64,000 nucleotides of DNA from Verrucomicrobiota bacterium. GTDB taxonomy: Bacteria > Verrucomicrobiota > Verrucomicrobiia > Limisphaerales > CANJSG01. The notes under the pieces are model-generated. The model was not told where the DNA came from. It ran no database searches and was given only the letters and a program-made list of their open reading frames with translations. Shown one piece after another: positions 8,952-18,731 of the stretch. The number at the start of each line of letters is the position of its first letter. Within the stretch, counting starts at the first letter, position 1. The stretch lies in contig JBBQXJ010000011.1 of assembly GCA_038209745.1 (NCBI GenBank), positions 1 to 64,000 of the forward strand, read 5' to 3'. Position numbers and translations under genes: made by a program.

Positions 8952-9224
8952 ATGCACAAGAACGAGATCGGGTGGACCCTGCGGCTGGAAGACGGCACGA
9001 AAATCAGCGCGTATGCCCAGCATCGCGGCGACCAATGGCTCATTTTCCACCAGGGGAAACGCTTCGACAACTGGGAACCCATCAAGGAACCGCCTTTGGA
9101 GGACTGGCTCGCCCTGCTCGACGCCGTCCGCCGCCGCATCGCGCGCAACATGCTCCAACCGGAGGAAGACGGGCGTCTGCTTAAGCGCATCCGGCAGGAG
9201 TTTCCCGCCGCGAAAGTGGACTAG
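8952..9224 (+). CDS. Hypothetical protein
   Basis: 90-aa ORF directly after ispF with genome-typical codon usage. Confidence 0.6.
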   Translation: MHKNEIGWTLRLEDGTKISAYAQHRGDQWLIFHQGKRFDNWEPIKEPPLEDWLALLDAVRRRIARNMLQPEEDGRLLKRIRQEFPAAKVD

Positions 9225-9297
9225 ACTTTCGAAGGACCAGGGCCGGGGCCCCATATCCAGACGAGCCGTTCGGCCTTTGATTTCAACGCGTTGTGCA

Positions 9298-10092
9298 ATG
9301 AAGAATGCCCCGCTGATCCTCATCACCCCGAGCGTCGAGCCCAAGGGAAGGGAGTTCGCCGATCCTTCCTGCAGCCTGTCGGACTGCTACACCCGCTCGA
9401 TCGTGCGCGCCGGAGGCATCCCATGGATCATGAGCCGGGAGACGGATCCCGCCGTGATCGCCGAATCCGTCCGCCGCGCCGACGGCGTCATGCTGACCGG
9501 CGGCGAAGACATCAATCCCGCGCTCTATCGCAAGTCCACGACCGCAAAACTGGCCGGCAAGCTCGGCCCGCTCGATCCCGCCCGCGACTTCGTGGAGGTC
9601 GCCGTCATCGACGAGGTTTTCCGCCAAAGAAAGCCGCTGCTCGCCATTTGCCGGGGCCACCAACTCCTGAATGTCGCGCTCGGCGGCACGCTGCTGGTGG
9701 ACATTCCGACGCAGCGTCCGGAGGCGATCAACCACAACCGGTGCGACCTAAAGGATGAACCCGCCCACGAGGTGCGACTGGATCCAGACAGCCTGTTGGC
9801 GGCCGTTTGGGGAACTTCCACCGCAGGCTCCGGACGACGCAAATCAAGAAGAGGCCCCGTTTTCCAAGTCAACTCAGCCCACCACCAAGCCGTCGACAAG
9901 ATCGCGGCGCCGCTGCGCGTTACCGGCGTCTGCCCCGAAGACGGCATCGTCGAGGTGATGGAACTCCGGGAGCCATTGCTTCCTTACTTGTTGTCGATAC
10001 AGTGCCATCCGGAACGATTGGTTGACCGATCCCCGGGATTCTTGGAACTTTTTCGGACATTTACTCTGTCGTGCACAAATCGCGGCCAATAA
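9298..10092 (+). CDS. Peptidase C26 / gamma-glutamyl-gamma-aminobutyrate hydrolase family glutamine amidotransferase
   Basis: LTGGEDI, LAICRGHQLLNVALGGTL, VNSAHHQA, QCHPE. Confidence 0.9.
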   Translation: MKNAPLILITPSVEPKGREFADPSCSLSDCYTRSIVRAGGIPWIMSRETDPAVIAESVRRADGVMLTGGEDINPALYRKSTTAKLAGKLGPLDPARDFVEVAVIDEVFRQRKPLLAICRGHQLLNVALGGTLLVDIPTQRPEAINHNRCDLKDEPAHEVRLDPDSLLAAVWGTSTAGSGRRKSRRGPVFQVNSAHHQAVDKIAAPLRVTGVCPEDGIVEVMELREPLLPYLLSIQCHPERLVDRSPGFLELFRTFTLSCTNRGQ

Positions 10093-10096
10093 CTCT

Positions 10097-11437
10097 ATGA
10101 AGGCAAAGGTCATGGTCGTAGACGACTCGGACGAAATCCGGGTCTTGGTAAACACTATTCTCCAACTCGGGGGCTACGATCCTTTGCTCAAGGCCAATGC
10201 CGCCGAGTTGAAGGAAAGCCTTTCGTCCGGTCCCCAGCCCGACATCGTCCTGCTGGATCTCGTCCTGCCCGACGGCGACGGACTGGAGCTGCTGCCCCAG
10301 ATCAAGCGCCAGTGGCCCGAGACCGAGGTCATCGTCCTCACCGGCTTCGCCACCTTCGATCTGGCGGTCGAAGCGACCAAACGCGGCGCCTACCACTTCC
10401 AGGCAAAGCCCTTCGACCACAAGTCGCTCCTCATCATGATCGAGCGCGCGCTCGAGCATAAGCGGCTCAACGAAGAGGCCAGTTCCCTCCGCCGCGCGCT
10501 CTCCACCATGAGCGGCGGCATGTCGCCCATTTTCCAGAGCCCCTCGATGAAGAACGTCCTCCGGACGCTCGAACGTGTCGCCCCCAGCGACGTCTCCGTC
10601 CTCATCGTCGGAGAAAGCGGAACTGGCAAAGAGGTCATCGCCGATCTTCTCCACGCCATGAGCCCGCGGAACAAGGGCCCCATGATCCGGGTCAACTGCG
10701 CCGCCTTCCCCCGCGAACTCATCGAGAGCGAGCTCTTCGGCGCTTTGAAGGGCTCCTACACCGGGTCCACCCAGGACCGTGAAGGCCTTTTCCGCCAAGC
10801 CGAAGGCGGCACCCTCTTCCTCGACGAAATCTCCGAGATGCCCGCCGACACCCAGAGCAAGCTGCTCCGCGTCCTCCAGGACAAGGAAGTCCGACCCGTC
10901 GGCGGCAAGTCCCCCTACAAGATCGACTGCCGCGTGATCGCGGCCACCAACCGGCCCGTCGACCAGGCCATCAAAGAGGGCAAGCTGCGCGAAGATCTCT
11001 ACTACCGAATCAGCACCGTCAGCATTTCGCTGCCCCCGCTTCGGGAACGCCGCGAGGACATCCTCCCGTTGGCCAACGCCTTTCTGAAGCGTTTCGCCGG
11101 CCAGGCCGGCCGCGACATCACGTGCTTCAGCCCCGCCGCCGCCGAAATGCTCCGGACCTTCGATTGGCCCGGCAACGTCCGGCAGCTCCAGAACGAGGTC
11201 CAGCGCACCGTCCTCATGGCCGAGGGCAACCTCGCCGACGTGCAGGACCTCTCCATCACCACCGTGCTGAATCCGGCCGAAGTGGAAGACCTGACCCTGA
11301 TGGAAGCCATGGAGCGCAACACCATCGTGCAGGTGTTGAAGGAAACCGGCGGCAACAAGCTCGAAGCCGCCAAGCGCCTCGGGATCGGCCGCCAGACGCT
11401 CTACAACAAGATCAAGATGTATTCGATCGAGACCTGA
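10097..11437 (+). CDS. NtrC-family sigma-54-type response regulator (REC-AAA+-Fis HTH)
   Basis: VVDD/LLDL receiver, GESGTGKE, LFLDEI, WPGNVRQLQN, C-terminal HTH; GAFTGA loop reads GSYTGS. Confidence 0.92.
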   Translation: MKAKVMVVDDSDEIRVLVNTILQLGGYDPLLKANAAELKESLSSGPQPDIVLLDLVLPDGDGLELLPQIKRQWPETEVIVLTGFATFDLAVEATKRGAYHFQAKPFDHKSLLIMIERALEHKRLNEEASSLRRALSTMSGGMSPIFQSPSMKNVLRTLERVAPSDVSVLIVGESGTGKEVIADLLHAMSPRNKGPMIRVNCAAFPRELIESELFGALKGSYTGSTQDREGLFRQAEGGTLFLDEISEMPADTQSKLLRVLQDKEVRPVGGKSPYKIDCRVIAATNRPVDQAIKEGKLREDLYYRISTVSISLPPLRERREDILPLANAFLKRFAGQAGRDITCFSPAAAEMLRTFDWPGNVRQLQNEVQRTVLMAEGNLADVQDLSITTVLNPAEVEDLTLMEAMERNTIVQVLKETGGNKLEAAKRLGIGRQTLYNKIKMYSIET

Positions 11438-11461
11438 TCGAACGCTCCTATTTCGTCGCTG

Positions 11462-11497
11462 AAAGGGCGGATCTTCGGATCCGCCCTTTTTCGTTTT
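11462..11497. terminator. Intrinsic terminator, probably bidirectional
   Basis: AAAGGGCGGATC-TTCG-GATCCGCCCTTTT between convergent genes. Confidence 0.8.
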
Positions 11498-11537
11498 CAG
11501 ATACAGTCGGGCAGAAGCCGACCCCGCCCGAAAAACA

Positions 11538-12464
11538 TCACCCCTCCGCCCCCTTGTCGCTGAACAGCGCCTCGGCGAACTCCCTCGCGTTGAACGGCTG
11601 GAGATCGTCCTTCTGCTCGCCCACGCCGATGAACTTCACGGGGATGCCCAGCTCCTTCTGGATGGCCACGACCATCCCCGCCTTGCTGGTGCCATCCAGC
11701 TTGGTGATCACGAGGCCCGTCAGCGGCACGATCTTGTGGAATTCCCGCGCCTGATTGAGGGCGTTCATGCCGGTGGTGGCGTCGAGCACGAGCAGCGTTT
11801 CATGCGGTGCGGTCGGGAGCTTCTTGGCCATGACGCGGTGCACCTTTTCCAGCTCTTTCATCAGGTTGCTCTTGGTGTGGAGACGGCCCGCCGTATCGAC
11901 GATCAGCCAGCGGGCGTTGCGGGCCTGCGCCGCGATGATGCCGTCATGGGCCACGGCCGCCGCGTCGCCTCCGTGCGCGCTGGCGATGACCGGCACGTCC
12001 AGCCGTTCGCCCCAGAGCTTGAGCTGCTCGATGGCGGCCGCGCGGAAGGTATCGCAGGCGGCGAGGACCACGCCCTGGCCCTGCTGCTTGAAGTTGTGGG
12101 CGAGCTTGGCGCAGGTCGTCGTCTTGCCGGTGCCGTTGACGCCCACGATCGAGAGCACGGTCAATCCGTCGGGACTCTCCTTCAGTCCGGGATTGGAGGC
12201 CGCCAGGCTCTTCTCCACTTCGGCGACGGCGATGTCCAACACCTGCGGGCCGGAAGAGCCCTTGGTCTCATAGGACTTCTTCACCGCCGCCAAGATCTGC
12301 TGGGTCATGGCCACGCCGAGATCCGCGCCCAGCAGCACCATCTCCAGCTCCTCCATCGACTCGGCCGTCAACCGCGGCGACCGGGTGACGATGCGCTTGA
12401 TCTCGTGGACAAGCTTCTGCTGGGTCTTGAAGAGACCCTCTTTCAGTCGTGTGAAGAAACCCAT
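11538..12464 (-). CDS. ftsY: Signal recognition particle receptor FtsY
   Basis: [32 protein letters not shown]. Confidence 0.97.
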   Translation of the reverse strand: MGFFTRLKEGLFKTQQKLVHEIKRIVTRSPRLTAESMEELEMVLLGADLGVAMTQQILAAVKKSYETKGSSGPQVLDIAVAEVEKSLAASNPGLKESPDGLTVLSIVGVNGTGKTTTCAKLAHNFKQQGQGVVLAACDTFRAAAIEQLKLWGERLDVPVIASAHGGDAAAVAHDGIIAAQARNARWLIVDTAGRLHTKSNLMKELEKVHRVMAKKLPTAPHETLLVLDATTGMNALNQAREFHKIVPLTGLVITKLDGTSKAGMVVAIQKELGIPVKFIGVGEQKDDLQPFNAREFAEALFSDKGAEG

Positions 12465-12718
12465 GCGCGCAGGCTGCCGCGAAGACCGCGCCGAAGGAAC
12501 CGGAAAACACCGAGGGTCGGCCGCAGGTCGCGGCAGAGTTTCAACTCAAGAACCCCCCATGCGATCCGGGTCGACTGGATCGCCACGATGGTCCCAACAC
12601 TCCAAACAGATGCTCTTGCTCGATGTGGCGGCATCTCATCTGCCCGGCCCAAGGTCCGCAGTTTTGGCCTTCCTCGTGACCCACTGACTCGCCTCTCCCG
12701 AGGAGCATGGAGCGTCTT

Positions 12719-14530
12719 TTATCGGGGTTTTTTGGCGGAGTCGGTCTGGCGGCGGCGGCGATGTTCCTCGGCGATGGCGAGCAGGAGGTCGTTGCGCGAG
12801 ACGCCGCCGAGCAGTCGCCGGGTTTCGGCTTCGACGACGGGGAGGCGTTCGACGGGATGGGTCGCGAAGCTGGCGGAGGCTTCTCCGAGGGAGGCGTCGG
12901 GGGACACGGTGGGGAAGCTAGATTCCATGATGTCGGCCGCGATGACGACGCTGGCCATCTCGGGCTGGTCGAGGAAGGGCTTGACCGCCTCCAGCGGGAC
13001 CACGCCGCGGAACGCCCCGACGGAATCGACGACGTAGAGGTTGTTGATTCGCTGGCCGAGGAACGCTTTCGCCATCTTTTCCAGCGTGTCGGTGAGCGCG
13101 ACGCGCGGGGGATCGGGGCGGATGAGCGGAGCGACATTGAAGACGCGGGGTTCCGGTTCGGCCTCGGCTTTGCGGCGCAGCAGCTCCTGATAGAGCGAGG
13201 GCTTGTCCGAGCCGCCGGCGGTGAACCAGGCCACGGTGCTGGCGAGCAGCAGGGGCAGCATGATGTCGTAGCTGAGGGTGAGCTCGAACATCATGGCCAC
13301 GGCCATCAAGGGCACCCGGGTGGCGGCGGCGAGGAAGGCGCCGGTGCCGACCAGGGCGAAGGCCCGAGGATCGACCGCGCCCTGGGGCCAGAAGCGGTGG
13401 ACGGCTTCGCCGAAGAGATGACCCAGGCTGGCGCCCATGAAGAGGGTGGGGGTGAAGATGCCGCCGACGGCGCCGGAACCGAAGCTGGCGGAGGTGGCGG
13501 CCCATTTGCAGAGGACGAGCGCCACGAGGGCCAGTCCGGCCCGGTGGCCGCTGAAGATGTCGTTGATCACGCTCTGGCCATTGCCGCAGACGCCCGGCAC
13601 CCAGATGGCGATGATGCCGACTCCCAGGCCGCCGAGGGCGAGCTTGATCCAACCGGGGGCCTCAAGCTTGGAGAAGGCTTGTTCCGCCTTCCTCAGCGTG
13701 CCGATGAAGATCGGGGCGGCGATTCCGGCGAGCATTCCGAGGGCGGCGTAGGGCAGCAGTTCCCAGGGGGAGGCGAGGGCGAAGTCGGTGCCCGGGTAGA
13801 GCGGCTGGGCGTCGCCCACGATGCGGACGGAAACCATGGCGGCGACCGCGCTGACGACGAGCGGTCCGAGCGTCTCCATCTGGAGGGTGCCGAGGATGAT
13901 CTCCGCGACGAAGAGGGCGCCGGCAATGGGGGCATGGTAGGCGGCGGCAACGCCGGCGGAGGCGCCGCAGGCAGCGAGCAGGCGTAGACGTTGTTCCGGC
14001 CAGTCCATGGCGCGGCCGACAACGGAGGAAGCCATCGAGGCCAGTTGAACCATGGGACCTTCACGGCCGATGGAGCCGCCGGAGGCGATGCTGAAGGTGG
14101 CGGCCACGCTTTTGAGCAGGCTGGCGCGGACCGGGATGCGGCCATTGCCGAGGCCGATGGCCTCCATGTAGTCGGTGGTGCTCTTGGGGCGGGCGAGGCG
14201 CCGCCCGAGCAGCAGGACGGCTCCGGCGGCGGCCCCGCCGAGGGCCGGGGTGACGAGGCGGCGCCACGGGGGAAGATGGTCGAAGGATTCCACCACGTCG
14301 CCGTTCCAGCCGGTGAAGAGGGTGTGGACCCAGTTGAGGACTTCCTTGAAGCCACCGGCGACGAACCCGGAGAGCAGCCCGATGACGGCGGCCCAGAGCA
14401 GCAGGGTCTGCCATTCGGTGAGACGGAGACGTTCGTGCCGCCAGATCCTCCAGCGCAGGCGTCGGAGGAGCTTCAGCTTGCCGTCGGGCGGCGTTTTGGT
14501 TGAGGAAGGTGTCGGCGGATCCCCGGTCAC
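12719..14530 (-). CDS. clcB: ClC (ClcB-like) chloride channel/antiporter with C-terminal CBS pair
   Basis: GSIGREGP, GGIFTP, many TM helices, CBS domains. Confidence 0.85.
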   Translation of the reverse strand: MTGDPPTPSSTKTPPDGKLKLLRRLRWRIWRHERLRLTEWQTLLLWAAVIGLLSGFVAGGFKEVLNWVHTLFTGWNGDVVESFDHLPPWRRLVTPALGGAAAGAVLLLGRRLARPKSTTDYMEAIGLGNGRIPVRASLLKSVAATFSIASGGSIGREGPMVQLASMASSVVGRAMDWPEQRLRLLAACGASAGVAAAYHAPIAGALFVAEIILGTLQMETLGPLVVSAVAAMVSVRIVGDAQPLYPGTDFALASPWELLPYAALGMLAGIAAPIFIGTLRKAEQAFSKLEAPGWIKLALGGLGVGIIAIWVPGVCGNGQSVINDIFSGHRAGLALVALVLCKWAATSASFGSGAVGGIFTPTLFMGASLGHLFGEAVHRFWPQGAVDPRAFALVGTGAFLAAATRVPLMAVAMMFELTLSYDIMLPLLLASTVAWFTAGGSDKPSLYQELLRRKAEAEPEPRVFNVAPLIRPDPPRVALTDTLEKMAKAFLGQRINNLYVVDSVGAFRGVVPLEAVKPFLDQPEMASVVIAADIMESSFPTVSPDASLGEASASFATHPVERLPVVEAETRRLLGGVSRNDLLLAIAEEHRRRRQTDSAKKPR

Positions 14531-14678
14531 GGAGAGGATTCAACCGTCTTTCCCGCCGGACGGCAAAGCCGGGTTTGAGGCGCGACCACTGGAGGTTGGA
14601 CATTCCCGGGGCTTCACGGAGAATCCGCCCGTCCTTGGTTTGCACGACAGTCCCCTCCGCGGCCGGGCGCAGTCTCAC

Positions 14679-16325
14679 ATGAGCGAAATCCTAGTCATCG
14701 GGCACAAGAATCCGGACACGGACGCGATCTGTTCGGCCATCGGCTACGCGGAATACAAGCAGCGAACGGGCACCACCGACGCGGTCGCGGCCCGTTGCGG
14801 CGACATCAACGACCGGATCGATTTCGTGCTGCGAAAGTTCGGTGTGGCGCCCCCGAGGTTCGTGCCCGACGTGTCGGCCCGCGTGCGGGACGTGATGGCG
14901 GCGAACGTCGTGTCGGTGCTCCCGGACACGACCGTGGGCGAGGCGATGGGGATCATGGAGAACCACGGTGTCCGGGTGTTGCCGATTCTGGACGAAGCCC
15001 GGCGCTGCCAAGGGCTGCTGTCGCTCTTCAAGGTGGCCAAGTTCTTCTTCCCGGCGCCGAACCGCATCTTTGATTCACGGCGGGTGGCCGCTTCCGTCCG
15101 CAATCTCGCACGGACGCTCGGAGCGAAGATGCTCTTCGCGGTGGAGCCCGACCGACATGAGGAGCTCATCCTGATGATCGCGGCGATGAAGCAGGAATCC
15201 TTCGCCAAACGCATGCCCCAGTATCCCCCGGAGAAGCTGGTGGTGGTGGTGGGCGACCGCATCGGCGTGCAGGAGATCGCGGTGCGGGGCCGGGTGCGGG
15301 TGGTGATCGTGACCGGCGGCCTCGAGATCGACCCGGCGATCTTGGACCTCGCGCGGCGCAACGAGGTCAGCGTGCTGCTCTCGCCCCACGATTCGGCGAC
15401 GACCGCCATGCTTTGCCGTTCGGCCATCAGCGTGAGCTACATGATGAACGAACAGTTCCTCTCCTTCCGCGACGACGAGCGGCTGTGCGACGCGGAACGG
15501 TTGGCGGTCGCGTCGCAGTTCCAGGCGTTCCCCGTGCTGGGCGACAACGAGGAGGTCGTGGGAATCCTGAGCAAGACCGACTTCCTGAAGAAAGTGGACC
15601 GGCAGTTGATCCTGGTGGACCACAACGAACTCTCGCAGGCCGTCAACGGAGCGGACGAGATGCCGATTCTGGAGGTGATCGACCACCACCGGATCAACAC
15701 CTTTTCCACGACCTACCCGATTCTCTTCCGCAACGAGCCCGTGGGCTCGACCAGCACGATCGTGGCCGATTGTTTCTTCCGTGAAAACGTGGTGCTGACG
15801 CCGTCCATCGCGGGCCTGCTGTTGGCGGGGCTGGTGTCGGACACGTTGAACCTCACTTCGCCGACCACGACGGAAAAGGATTCCCTGGTCCTCGCGAAGC
15901 TCGAAAAGATCTCCGGCGTGGACGCGACCCGTTTCACCGAGGAACTCTTCGCCTCGGGGTCGGTGCTGACCTCACGGACCGTGGAGCAGGCGATCGCGAC
16001 GGACTGCAAGGAATACAGCGAGCGGGGCAAGAAGTTCAGCGTGGCCCAGATCGAGGAGATCGGTTTCGACCAGTTCTGGAAGCGACAGGATCTTGTGATG
16101 GCGGCGCTCGAGGCGTATCGGGCGAAGAACGGCTATTTCTTTTCGTGCCTGCTCGTGACCGACGTGGTGCGGCAGACTTCGGTGCTGCTGGTCACGGGCG
16201 ATCCGGCGTTCGAGAAACGGATCGACTATCCGGAGCTCGGCCCCGGCCTGCACGAGCTCGACGGCGTGGTGTCGCGCAAAAAGCAGCTCATGCCGTATCT
16301 CATCCAGTGCCTGAAAAAAATGTAG
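14679..16325 (+). CDS. ppaC: Mn-dependent family II inorganic pyrophosphatase with CBS/DRTGG insert
   Basis: GHKNPDTDA, LVDHNE, IDHH, SDTL, SRKKQ. Confidence 0.92.
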   Translation: MSEILVIGHKNPDTDAICSAIGYAEYKQRTGTTDAVAARCGDINDRIDFVLRKFGVAPPRFVPDVSARVRDVMAANVVSVLPDTTVGEAMGIMENHGVRVLPILDEARRCQGLLSLFKVAKFFFPAPNRIFDSRRVAASVRNLARTLGAKMLFAVEPDRHEELILMIAAMKQESFAKRMPQYPPEKLVVVVGDRIGVQEIAVRGRVRVVIVTGGLEIDPAILDLARRNEVSVLLSPHDSATTAMLCRSAISVSYMMNEQFLSFRDDERLCDAERLAVASQFQAFPVLGDNEEVVGILSKTDFLKKVDRQLILVDHNELSQAVNGADEMPILEVIDHHRINTFSTTYPILFRNEPVGSTSTIVADCFFRENVVLTPSIAGLLLAGLVSDTLNLTSPTTTEKDSLVLAKLEKISGVDATRFTEELFASGSVLTSRTVEQAIATDCKEYSERGKKFSVAQIEEIGFDQFWKRQDLVMAALEAYRAKNGYFFSCLLVTDVVRQTSVLLVTGDPAFEKRIDYPELGPGLHELDGVVSRKKQLMPYLIQCLKKM

Positions 16326-16423
16326 CCCTCGTCGGCCCGCGAACAAATTCTGCCCGACGGAGTGAAACTTTCGGTTGGATTCCCAAGTGTATTCGGGGGA
16401 AGTTGGCCCCGAAGCAAAGCCCT

Positions 16424-16777
16424 ATGAAACTCATTCTCTCGACCCACAACATCAAGCTCACCCAAGGGATCGAAGACCACATCATCCAGAAAATCGAAAA
16501 GCTCGACCACCTCGACCAAAAGGCGATCAACGCCCGGGTCATCGTCGAGCACGATCATACGCGGTCTCCCGAAAAAGCGTTCGGCTGCTCCATGCGTCTG
16601 GCGGTGCCCGGCCCCGACCTGTTCGCAGAAGATTTCGAAAGCGATCTCTATGCGGCCATCGACCTCGTGACCAAGAAGCTCGAGCAACAGCTTCGAAAGA
16701 AGCACAACAAGACCAAGAACCGGAACCACACCGAGGCGGCCAAGTCGAAGCGCTCCCGCCGCGACGCCGGCCTCTGA
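16424..16777 (+). CDS. hpf: Ribosome hibernation promoting factor (HPF/RaiA)
   Basis: KIEKL...DLYAAIDLVTKKLEQQLRK. Confidence 0.9.
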   Translation: MKLILSTHNIKLTQGIEDHIIQKIEKLDHLDQKAINARVIVEHDHTRSPEKAFGCSMRLAVPGPDLFAEDFESDLYAAIDLVTKKLEQQLRKKHNKTKNRNHTEAAKSKRSRRDAGL

Positions 16778-16794
16778 GTTTCTTTGTATTGACC

Positions 16795-16829
16795 CAGGAT
16801 CGGGAGGCGACTCCCGATCCTGTTTCTTT
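16795..16829 (+). terminator. Intrinsic terminator after hpf
   Basis: CAGGATCGGGAG-GCGA-CTCCCGATCCTG followed by TTTCTTT. Confidence 0.75.
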
Positions 16830-16835
16830 GCCCCG

Positions 16836-18092
16836 ATGCTGCTGCGCGCCAGAACAGTTCTTCCGGTCGCCACTCCGCCCGTTGAAGATGGGGCCGTTTT
16901 GGTCCAGGGAGACCGGATCGCCTCAGTCGGCAGGTGGGCCGATCTTCGGCGGGACTGGTCGGGTCCGACGGAGGACCTGGGCGAGGCGATCCTCCTGCCC
17001 GGTCTCATCAACGCGCATTGCCATCTCGACTACACCGACATGGCCGGGCAGCTGGTGCCAGGCCTCAACTTCACGGACTGGATCAAGACCATCACGATGC
17101 TGAAGGGCACTTGGACCGAGGAGGACTACCGGCGCTCGTGGCTCAATGGGGCGACCCAGCTGCTGCGCAACGGAACGACCTCCGTGGTGGACATCGAAGC
17201 AATGCCGGCACTGCTGCCGGAGCTACTCTCAGCGACGCCGCTGCGGGTTCATTCCCTGCTGGAAATGACCGGTGTCCGAAGCCGTCTTTCTCCCGTCGAG
17301 ATGCTCGCCGAAACAGAAAGGGCGGTCGACCGAATCGGAACCGTGCGCCGGTCGGCTGGGCTGTCACCGCATGCTCCCTATTCGACCGTGCCCGAACTGC
17401 TGCGCCTTTCCGGAGAGCTGGCCCGGAGGCGTGGCTGGCTGGTATGCACCCATGTGGCGGAGTCGCAGGCCGAATTCGACATGTTCATGTATCGTCGCGG
17501 GCCGATGTTCGACTGGCTCAAGAGCCAGCGGGATCCGGGCGATTGTGGTCATGGGTCGCCGGTGCGCGCCGTGGCTTCCCAGGGACTGCTGGGGCCGAAC
17601 TTCATCGCGGCGCATGTAAACCACCTTTGGATCGACGATGCCCGTTCGTTGGCCGCGTCGGGCTCCCATGTCGTCCACTGCCCTTCTAGCCGGGCCTATT
17701 TCGGCCACAAGATGTTCCCGTTCGCACAATTGGCGGACGCGGGCGTCAACGTATGTCTTGGCACCGACAGCGCAGCGAGCTTGCCTAAAACCCGCGGCGG
17801 AGTCCCGTCATTGAACCTCTTCGACGAGATGAGGATCTTCGCCGCGAACCACGTTGGGGTATCACCCGAGACAATTGTCCGCATGGCAACAATGAACGGG
17901 GCGAAAGCGATGGGACGAAGCGGTGACCTCGGCCAGTTGACGGTTGGGACGGTCGCGGATCTGGCAGTCATTGGAGGCTCTGCAACCAAGGATCGCTACG
18001 AAGCCGTTGTGTGCCGCGGCGGAGGCGATTTGCGGGTCATGATCGGCGGCGAGTGGGTGGCCGTTGCCCCGATCGGTGAAGGCCGTTCCTAA
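16836..18092 (+). CDS. Amidohydrolase (MtaD / aminodeoxyfutalosine deaminase-like)
   Basis: PGLINAHCHLD, PHAPYS, HVAES, HCP.S, LGTDS. Confidence 0.85.
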   Translation: MLLRARTVLPVATPPVEDGAVLVQGDRIASVGRWADLRRDWSGPTEDLGEAILLPGLINAHCHLDYTDMAGQLVPGLNFTDWIKTITMLKGTWTEEDYRRSWLNGATQLLRNGTTSVVDIEAMPALLPELLSATPLRVHSLLEMTGVRSRLSPVEMLAETERAVDRIGTVRRSAGLSPHAPYSTVPELLRLSGELARRRGWLVCTHVAESQAEFDMFMYRRGPMFDWLKSQRDPGDCGHGSPVRAVASQGLLGPNFIAAHVNHLWIDDARSLAASGSHVVHCPSSRAYFGHKMFPFAQLADAGVNVCLGTDSAASLPKTRGGVPSLNLFDEMRIFAANHVGVSPETIVRMATMNGAKAMGRSGDLGQLTVGTVADLAVIGGSATKDRYEAVVCRGGGDLRVMIGGEWVAVAPIGEGRS

Positions 18093-18097
18093 AAACA

Positions 18098-18122
18098 GAA
18101 AAGGCGGGCCGAGGCCCGCCTT
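18098..18122. terminator. Intrinsic terminator between convergent genes
   Basis: AAAAGGCGGGCC-GA-GGCCCGCCTT. Confidence 0.7.
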
Positions 18123-18141
18123 GAATGGAAATCGAGGGCTA

Positions 18142-18543
18142 CTATTCGGCCGCTGGCTTCTTCTTTGTCTTCTTAGCCTTGTCGCTTTCGGGTTTGGGCC
18201 CGATCCGTAGGCTCTTGAGCTTGAGTTTGCCGTCCTCCTCCACCACCGATCCACCGATCACCTCTCCGACGACGATGTCCGAAAACATGGCCGGTTTCCC
18301 GTCTTTGGTGATTTTTGTTTCGGAAGTGACCTGGAGCACCTGCTTCTTCTCCCCGCTGAGAGTGAGGATTTTCATCGCGCTGTCGATGACGGCAACCTTG
18401 CCGGCAACGGGTCGAGCCTTAGGTTTGGCGGGTGCCTTTTTAGCGGGAACACTCGTGTCGACGGCCATGGCCGAGGGTACGAGGAACGTCGTTCCGGCGA
18501 GGGTGAACAGGGCGATAGCCAAGGTAGCAAAAAATCGTTTCAT
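18142..18543 (-). CDS. Small secreted Lys-rich protein, DUF5666/OB-fold-like
   Basis: Signal peptide; GKVAVID...TKITKDGKPAMFSDIVVGEVI resembles 1288..1656; SD AAGGAG upstream. Confidence 0.65.
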   Translation of the reverse strand: MKRFFATLAIALFTLAGTTFLVPSAMAVDTSVPAKKAPAKPKARPVAGKVAVIDSAMKILTLSGEKKQVLQVTSETKITKDGKPAMFSDIVVGEVIGGSVVEEDGKLKLKSLRIGPKPESDKAKKTKKKPAAE

Positions 18544-18731
18544 GTGTTTGATGGGTTTCCTCTCCTTAAGGGTTAAACTGAATTGGACCGGCAGAACCGT
18601 TAGCCACTCGCGTCGACGGGTGCAAGGCTCAAATTAACCGGAGTCGCCCGAGAGACGTGTTTGCCTCCGGTCTGCCTGATTCCCGATTGCAGCGAGGGTC
18701 TGCGTCCGTTAGTCTTCTTTTCCTTTAATTT

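Noticed and set aside
12465..12718. Possible ncRNA (e.g. SRP RNA) next to ftsY
   Set aside because: No SRP core motif or strong structure recognised
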